A stretch of DNA of 64,000 nucleotides from a candidate division FCPU426 bacterium (lineage in GTDB: Bacteria > Oederibacteriota > Muellerivitia > Muellerivitales > Muellerivitaceae): the NCBI GenBank assembly GCA_963719085.1, contig CAVRAL010000004.1, forward strand, positions 1,184,001 through 1,248,000, given 5' to 3'. The translations under genes were made by a program, and so were the position numbers. This document shows positions 58,340-64,000 of the stretch, in pieces. The notes beneath the pieces were generated by a model. The model was given only the letters and a program-made list of their open reading frames with translations. It had not been told where the DNA came from and searched no databases. Positions within the stretch are counted from its first letter, which is position 1. Every line of letters begins with the position of its first letter.

Positions 58340-58984
58340 ATGTGTGAATTCCTTTGTGGAATTTATTTGTTATTAATCGATCCCAAAACCTGGATAGAGG
58401 CGGTGATTGTTTTGGGTGGAACTTATCTTGGCGTTCTTTGGGCAACCAGGAAGAACAAAGAGGAATGGATTGAGCATCAAGGGGAACTGGAAAGAAAATC
58501 CAAAGAGAACGACGAAAAACTATTAATTGTTCACTTGAGGCATTCCTATGCATTGACAAAAACAAACATAACAGTAGCGGAAGAAGCAATAAACAGACTT
58601 TCTGGAGCTGGTACGGCCTTGGCCGATTATTTGGGTTACATGGCAAAAATCAAAGATGGCTTATCAAATGATACCTACTTAGAATTGCTTCACACAGGAC
58701 TCCACAAGCAGCTTAGTAAAGATTTTCAAAACTCTTTATTGTTTGCGAGATTCAAGGTTAATGCAGTGAAAGTCTATTGCTCTGCGAGCTATGCGCGTAT
58801 CAATTCTTTCAAACACATGAGCACCTTTGATTCGACAGCGAGAGACGAATGGGCTATGGATGTAAATGAGATTCGTGACTTGAAAAAAGATTCGTTGGAA
58901 GGGCTTTTGGAGATAACGAGAGAATATTTAGAAGGCAAAGGAGTTGTTTTTGACGTGGCTGGAGAGATCATTGATTTTTTATAA
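58340..58984 (+). CDS. Hypothetical AT-rich protein with N-terminal membrane anchor
   Basis: AGGAG Shine-Dalgarno, 214-aa ORF, visibly lower GC than its neighbours. Confidence 0.7.
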   Translation: MCEFLCGIYLLLIDPKTWIEAVIVLGGTYLGVLWATRKNKEEWIEHQGELERKSKENDEKLLIVHLRHSYALTKTNITVAEEAINRLSGAGTALADYLGYMAKIKDGLSNDTYLELLHTGLHKQLSKDFQNSLLFARFKVNAVKVYCSASYARINSFKHMSTFDSTARDEWAMDVNEIRDLKKDSLEGLLEITREYLEGKGVVFDVAGEIIDFL

Positions 58985-59009
58985 ATCGATAAAAGAGATC
59001 GGTTATAGA

Positions 59010-59948
59010 TTATAAAGATTGCATAGGTTTCGTCGAATCCGCTTCAAAATGTCTCTTCACGTCGTTCGCGTAGTTTTTCCCTAATTCCCCCGCATTCAAT
59101 TTCAGCCATTCGGTTACTGATTCCCGACCCAAGGGCTTTTGATCCGAACATAAAAGCTCCTGCTCAAGACCCAATAATTCCTCTCGAGTAAGGATAACGT
59201 CCTGCAGGATTGGCTCAATCATTCGAAGCCCCGCCAATGAAACCCAATTGGGGGTTCCTATCAGAATTGGTTTCACCCCGCAAAAGCCCGCTAACAAACC
59301 AAGATATTCCCGGAAGGTGAAGGTACTTGGTCCTGCCGCGTCTACCGTTAGGTTTTCCTTTTTCTCGGCTGCATCGGTGATAATCCTGGCCGTATCAGTC
59401 AAGGTAACTGGTTGCAGACGGTAGTTGCCGCCTTGGGGAACTGGGAAAATAGGGAAGCGACGAAGGAACCAGGCGATATTATTGGTCAAGACGTCCTTGG
59501 GTCCCAGGATGAGGGTGGGGCGGACGATGGCGTAAGAAAGCCCGGAAGCGGCAATGAACTTTTCTAACTCATATTTACCCCGGTAATAACCCAGGTTAGT
59601 GCCTTGCTCACAGCGGCTGACGCTGACATGGACAAACCTTGGCACTTTGGCGGCCGCGACGGCCTTCACCAATAATTGGGTATTGTCGATGGCGGTTTGG
59701 AAGTTGGTGCCTTTCCAGGGAAGCCGAACCCAATAGGTGTTGATGAAAAGATCAGCGCCCTGTAATTGTTCTTGGAGATAGGGAAGATTGAATTTCAGAG
59801 GACTTGAGGTGATGCCCTGGGTCTCAGTCGGCGGGATTCGGTTGGTGAGGGTATGAACCTTCCAGCCACGACTCAGCAATTCCGCCGCCACGGCGGCTCC
59901 TGTAAAGCTAAAAGCCCCTGTGATTACCGCGCGTTTTTTTTTGGGCAA
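59010..59948 (-). CDS. NAD-dependent epimerase/SDR (NDUFA9-like) family protein
   Basis: ITGAFSFTG, YYRGK and YAIVRPTLILG motifs. Confidence 0.88.
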   Translation of the reverse strand: MPKKKRAVITGAFSFTGAAVAAELLSRGWKVHTLTNRIPPTETQGITSSPLKFNLPYLQEQLQGADLFINTYWVRLPWKGTNFQTAIDNTQLLVKAVAAAKVPRFVHVSVSRCEQGTNLGYYRGKYELEKFIAASGLSYAIVRPTLILGPKDVLTNNIAWFLRRFPIFPVPQGGNYRLQPVTLTDTARIITDAAEKKENLTVDAAGPSTFTFREYLGLLAGFCGVKPILIGTPNWVSLAGLRMIEPILQDVILTREELLGLEQELLCSDQKPLGRESVTEWLKLNAGELGKNYANDVKRHFEADSTKPMQSL

Positions 59949-60044
59949 TTAAAATTCCTGAATTGAAATAAAGTCGACAAATCTTAACGCCATTGGCTTA
60001 AAATTTGGCAGAAATTATATTCCCGAAGTCTGGAGTATTTAGAC

Positions 60045-60260
60045 ATGAACGTCAAATATATTTTTTTTCTCATGTCAGTGTTTTTTGGAATTGTGGCCAT
60101 TGTGGATCTTTATACGGGACATTCGACAAGTGGAACTCGATATGGAGGTTCTCTCGAGTACTATCGTGAGATCGATCCGACCATGTATTGGATAAGTGTC
60201 AGTTTTCATGTTTTTCTGGGGGCACTTTGTATTTATTGTTTCACGCGCATTAAAGATTAA
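60045..60260 (+). CDS. Small AT-rich two-TM membrane protein
   Basis: GGAG Shine-Dalgarno; two hydrophobic segments with a DPTMYW motif. Confidence 0.6.
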   Translation: MNVKYIFFLMSVFFGIVAIVDLYTGHSTSGTRYGGSLEYYREIDPTMYWISVSFHVFLGALCIYCFTRIKD

Positions 60261-60329
60261 TATTTGTCAAAGGGGTCAGGCTTGACGATTGACAAATTCC
60301 GAGTCGAATTGAAAAGTGTCAGACATAAA

Positions 60330-60420
60330 TTATAAAGATTAAACCGGTTTCGTCGAATCCCCTTCGAAATGCCGCTTCACATCGTTCGCGTAGGTTTTTC
60401 CCAAATTCCCCGCGTTCAGT
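60330..60420 (-). pseudogene. 3' remnant of a second epimerase copy (direct repeat of 59010..59100)
   Basis: LNAGNLGKTYANDVKRHFEGDSTKPV*SL* versus LNAGELGKNYANDVKRHFEADSTKPMQSL*; offset exactly 1320 bp. Confidence 0.85.
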
Positions 60421-60718
60421 CTCGATTGTCCCGCCGCCCTTGAAAAGCCAATTCTGACCCGCTTGAAATGACGTCCATAAAAGGGTTTCGGGCTGATGGG
60501 TCTGCGGCCAGCATCTACTCGAAATGTGTTAATATTTGACCTATTCGCTGGCGGCAATCTATGGTTTTGATCGTCTTTTATGGGGGAGTGGTTATTGAAG
60601 CGTCTTTATCTTTTTTTAGCCCTGCCATTTTTCCCTGAGCTCGCGATCATCCCCTCCGGTTGTTCCAGCCAAGGAAGCCTTTCTTTTTAAGAAAAGTCGT
60701 ATAGGGAATTTTGTTTCT

Positions 60719-61978
60719 ATGCGTCGACATCCATATCTAAATCTAAAACGGGCCTTTCTGATTTTCGCCGCGCTAGGTTTGGGCTCCCGGGCGGCGGCCC
60801 AAAGCATTGTTGAAACCGACTTGGGGAGCCAATCCCCGTCGATTTTGGTACAAGCCCTCTTGGGTACGGGCGTTTCTTACAGCAACGTCACTTACCAAGG
60901 GGTCGGCACTTCGGCGGGAACCTTTACCGGCGGGAACGGGATCATCGGTTTCGATTCGGGGATCATCTTGAGCACGGGGGCCGCGGGCGGCGTGACGGGA
61001 TCGCCCGGCTCCGCCAGCACCTGTAATTCGACGCCCGGGGACAGTGATTTATCGGCCTTGATCGGAGGGCAGGCCACGAATGACGCCACCGTCCTTTCGT
61101 TCGATTTCGTGCCAGCCTACGGCACCCTTTCGCTCCAATATGTGTTCGCTTCAGACGAGTACAACCAGTATGTGGGGAGTATTAACGACGCTTTCGCCTT
61201 TTTCGTGAACGGCACCAACGCGGCCTTGATCCCCGGCACCAACACGATCGTTTCCATCGCCAACGTCAATGCCTGTCAAAATTCGGCTTATTTCATCAAC
61301 AACACCGCACAATCAACCAATTTAGGGGCTTGTTCTTTGACCCTGCCTTCGAGCAACTTGAATACCTCCATGAACGGCTTGACCACCGTTTTGACGGTCA
61401 ACGTGGCGGTCACCCCCGGGGTCAACAACCATATCAAGTTGGCCATCGCCGACGCGCTGGATTGTATCCTCGATTCGGATGTGTTCATCAAGGCTTCCAG
61501 TTTTGTCAGCGTTCCAACCGCCACCCCCACGCCGACTTCGACTCCCACCGTAACCCTGACTCCCACGGCCACCATTACCCTGACGCCCACCGTGACCTTT
61601 ACCCCCACGCCGACCCTGACTCCGACTGTGACCTTCACCCCCACGCCAACCTTTACTCCCACCGCGACCGTCACGCTCACCCCCACGCCGACCGCGACGC
61701 CCATCTGCCCCTTCCACGCCTGGCCTGACCCATTTGACCCGAGATACGCCTACGGAGGCACGCTCAAATTCGGCTGCCTGCCGCCGGATGCCTTGGTTTC
61801 GATCTATACGGTCTCCGGTGAATTGGTGCAGGGAGGCCTGGCACCTGTCAACGGCGAAGCGTATTGGAACGGCAAGAACAGCACCGGGGCCCCTGCTTCC
61901 CCAGGTATCTATTACTACGTGGCCCTCGAGGGCCGGACCATTTATACGCGGGGCAAGTTTTTGATGGTCGGGCATTAA
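60719..61978 (+). CDS. Secreted choice-of-anchor L-like protein with Pro/Thr linker and FlgD/T9SS-like C-terminal domain
   Basis: Signal peptide; GIILSTG, YVFASDEY, NDAFAFFVNG and DSDVFI motifs; (TP)n linker; WPDPFDP..IYTVSGELV..WNGKN..PGIYY. Confidence 0.75.
   Translation: MRRHPYLNLKRAFLIFAALGLGSRAAAQSIVETDLGSQSPSILVQALLGTGVSYSNVTYQGVGTSAGTFTGGNGIIGFDSGIILSTGAAGGVTGSPGSASTCNSTPGDSDLSALIGGQATNDATVLSFDFVPAYGTLSLQYVFASDEYNQYVGSINDAFAFFVNGTNAALIPGTNTIVSIANVNACQNSAYFINNTAQSTNLGACSLTLPSSNLNTSMNGLTTVLTVNVAVTPGVNNHIKLAIADALDCILDSDVFIKASSFVSVPTATPTPTSTPTVTLTPTATITLTPTVTFTPTPTLTPTVTFTPTPTFTPTATVTLTPTPTATPICPFHAWPDPFDPRYAYGGTLKFGCLPPDALVSIYTVSGELVQGGLAPVNGEAYWNGKNSTGAPASPGIYYYVALEGRTIYTRGKFLMVGH
61514..61702 (+). 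repeat. Coding Thr-Pro tandem repeat linker
   Basis: Repeated TPTxTx units. Confidence 0.9.
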
Positions 61979-62078
61979 GGCGCGTACCAGGGGCAACCTC
62001 AGGGATTTCCTGGAGTTTGAGCGAGGAATGGCCTATAAAGTTTCTGTTATTCAATCGTAGTTTATTGGGAGTGAATTT

Positions 62079-63086
62079 ATGAAAACGGTTCGTATTTTCT
62101 TATGCTTTTTGTGGGTCATGGCTTTGCCCGTCGTTCAAGCGGCGCGGGCCCAATCCGACGCTGATCAGTTTAAAACCGGATTCCTGAAAGATTTGACTCC
62201 GCCCTCCGTCCTGCCTAGCGCCGTCACCATTTCCGATGATCAGCCCGTGTTTTTCGTCGTAGGGATCGACCATGGCGCTTCCATTGACGTGCGCCCGGAG
62301 GCTCAACGGGACCAAGTGCGCTTCAAACTTTTGCTGGGAAAAGGCCAATTCGCCTCGATGGATTCTCCGGTTCAAAAAAGCGAGGGAGGCATTACGGTGA
62401 CGGTCGGTAACACGGATGTCGCGCCCGTCTTGTTTTTCCCCTCCGCGGGGGCAACCGCCTACCAAGTTGTGGCGGAAGCCCTGACCAAGGGGGATTCGGG
62501 TTCGGTGTCCTTCAGTTTTTCCCTGGGGGCTCCCGACAAAGCCGGCTTCTTAAAAGCGGCCCAATGGGGGGCCAAGTCCCAAGAGAAGTGGAAATTCGGG
62601 GACGCGGAAGTCATCCAGAAGACAACTATCCGTACTTTTGGGCTCGACGGCAAATCCACTTTGCCCGACCGGGTCAGCGCCCAGTACGAGAAATACCATG
62701 GAAGCAAAATTGAAGTCAGGGACAAGGATGCCTCCGGCAAAATCCTCCGGACGGTTTCACTGGATGAGGCCAAGATGGAAAAAAATTCAGATGTTTCGGT
62801 TTGGACGTCAAGTTGGGCCGTCGGTCCCTCGGATTATATTTTCCTTGAGAAGCACGAGCCGCCTCAAATGACCAGCTACAACTTATTTTTAGTCAATAAA
62901 GACAAGGGTCTTCTGGACGGCCTGGTGGGCTTAAGCCAACTGGGATACAGCCTGTCCGAAAACCAATACGTGAAAAAAGGCGATGTCTATTTCCCTTTGC
63001 TTGTGAAAGACGACAGCTTCAGCTATCAAGGCAAACAGACGGGGAGCATGGAGAGCAATTACCAAATCCTGTCTCCTCATAATTGA
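62079..63086 (+). CDS. Hypothetical secreted protein
   Basis: GGAG Shine-Dalgarno, signal peptide, 335 aa. Confidence 0.7.
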   Translation: MKTVRIFLCFLWVMALPVVQAARAQSDADQFKTGFLKDLTPPSVLPSAVTISDDQPVFFVVGIDHGASIDVRPEAQRDQVRFKLLLGKGQFASMDSPVQKSEGGITVTVGNTDVAPVLFFPSAGATAYQVVAEALTKGDSGSVSFSFSLGAPDKAGFLKAAQWGAKSQEKWKFGDAEVIQKTTIRTFGLDGKSTLPDRVSAQYEKYHGSKIEVRDKDASGKILRTVSLDEAKMEKNSDVSVWTSSWAVGPSDYIFLEKHEPPQMTSYNLFLVNKDKGLLDGLVGLSQLGYSLSENQYVKKGDVYFPLLVKDDSFSYQGKQTGSMESNYQILSPHN

Positions 63087-63142
63087 GCGCTTAAAAGATG
63101 TCGGGCCTAGATGATTAAAATTTAAGTCAAAAAGAGGGTTTC

Positions 63143-63673
63143 ATGAAAAGAACTTGTTTGGCGGCTTTGATTGGTTTGTTCCTTCTGGTCGGTAAGGCGC
63201 AGGCGGATTTTGGTTTAATTTCCTACATCATCTACACGGCGGAAACCCTTCCCAAAACCAGCGTGGACGTCAGTTGGAACGTACCGGAGAACACTTACCT
63301 CTATCCTCACGTCATCACCATGCATGACGCGGAAAGTAAGGCCTTTTACACTTCCTTGCTCGGACAACTCGCGGTATTTAAGCCCAAGCTTTACGCCGGC
63401 GCCGTCATTATGGACCCCGCGCCTAAAGATGGGGCTGATCCGCAGTTCGTCTTGGTCAAAACAACGGTCACCAACGAGGCCGATTTTAAAACCCTCATGA
63501 GCGAGGTGGTTTACACCTTCGCTTCCGGTAGCTTTGTTGATCAAAACGTCTCGGTCTTGTTTCATTTCACGGATACCGCGCTTGAGGAAAAGTACGGGGG
63601 CGTGAAATATAGTGAATCGGATGTGCCCTATGCGGTTTTCGCTCTGAAGCATCCCGAGGCCGCGGCGCAATAA
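63143..63673 (+). CDS. Hypothetical secreted protein
   Basis: GAGG Shine-Dalgarno, signal peptide ending AQA. Confidence 0.7.
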   Translation: MKRTCLAALIGLFLLVGKAQADFGLISYIIYTAETLPKTSVDVSWNVPENTYLYPHVITMHDAESKAFYTSLLGQLAVFKPKLYAGAVIMDPAPKDGADPQFVLVKTTVTNEADFKTLMSEVVYTFASGSFVDQNVSVLFHFTDTALEEKYGGVKYSESDVPYAVFALKHPEAAAQ

Positions 63674-63690
63674 GGGTCAAAAGGTTATTT

Positions 63691-63960
63691 CTATCTCGAT
63701 TGCCCGGCCACGATTAGCAATACGATCAGTGCTTTAAACAACAGGAAGAAAACTATCACCAGGCAGACGGTGACCCAGAAGGGGAGCGGCTTTTTGCCCC
63801 AGGGCCAGAGGGCGAAAAAGACGAAAACAGCCGCCAGGCCGAAAGCGGAAACGAACCCTTCCGCGGCGAAGCGCTTCAAGGGATGAAGGATTAAAAGCGC
63901 GCCCCCAAATGCCGCCAGGGCGGCCATGACGCCGGCCATGTAGCGGAAGACATAAATCAT
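63691..63960 (-). CDS. Small membrane protein, possibly starting further upstream
   Basis: Three hydrophobic segments. Confidence 0.5.
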   Translation of the reverse strand: MIYVFRYMAGVMAALAAFGGALLILHPLKRFAAEGFVSAFGLAAVFVFFALWPWGKKPLPFWVTVCLVIVFFLLFKALIVLLIVAGQSR

Positions 63961-64000
63961 CTCGGGGTTCCTTAAAATCAGCCGTTTTTAATAAGTGGTA

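Noticed and set aside
60421..60557. 72-aa ORF 60339..60557 as a real gene
   Set aside because: Only its last 26 residues are the epimerase remnant; the upstream part shows no similarity to the intact gene.

Overview
This is a GC-rich chromosomal window from a diderm bacterium. It carries housekeeping genes (kdpF and the start of kdpA, glmU-prs-rplY-pth, iscS-like, pgi, nrdJ, photolyase), envelope and competence genes (two GT-C glycosyltransferases, TetR-TolC-RND, an ECF sigma/anti-sigma locus, comEA, comEC, TPR-SpoIID) and an ~18 kb signalling locus (29.9-48.0 kb). That locus has a nine-PAS histidine kinase interrupted by one in-frame TAG and an NtrC-type sigma54 activator. It also has a sigma54-driven chemosensory operon (cheX-like, cheA, cheW, cheR, cheD, cheY, no cheB) in which a TonB-dependent receptor, a YfiR-family protein and a CHASE8-domain chemoreceptor are embedded. 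Two paralogous ~110-aa unknown genes bracket the locus, each behind a sigma54-type promoter. Intergenic spaces hold several families of palindromic repeats. Two of these families occur both empty and loaded with a small nuclease-like gene. I recognised no tRNA, rRNA or CRISPR array. All calls are by eye from sequence motifs; no database searches were run.
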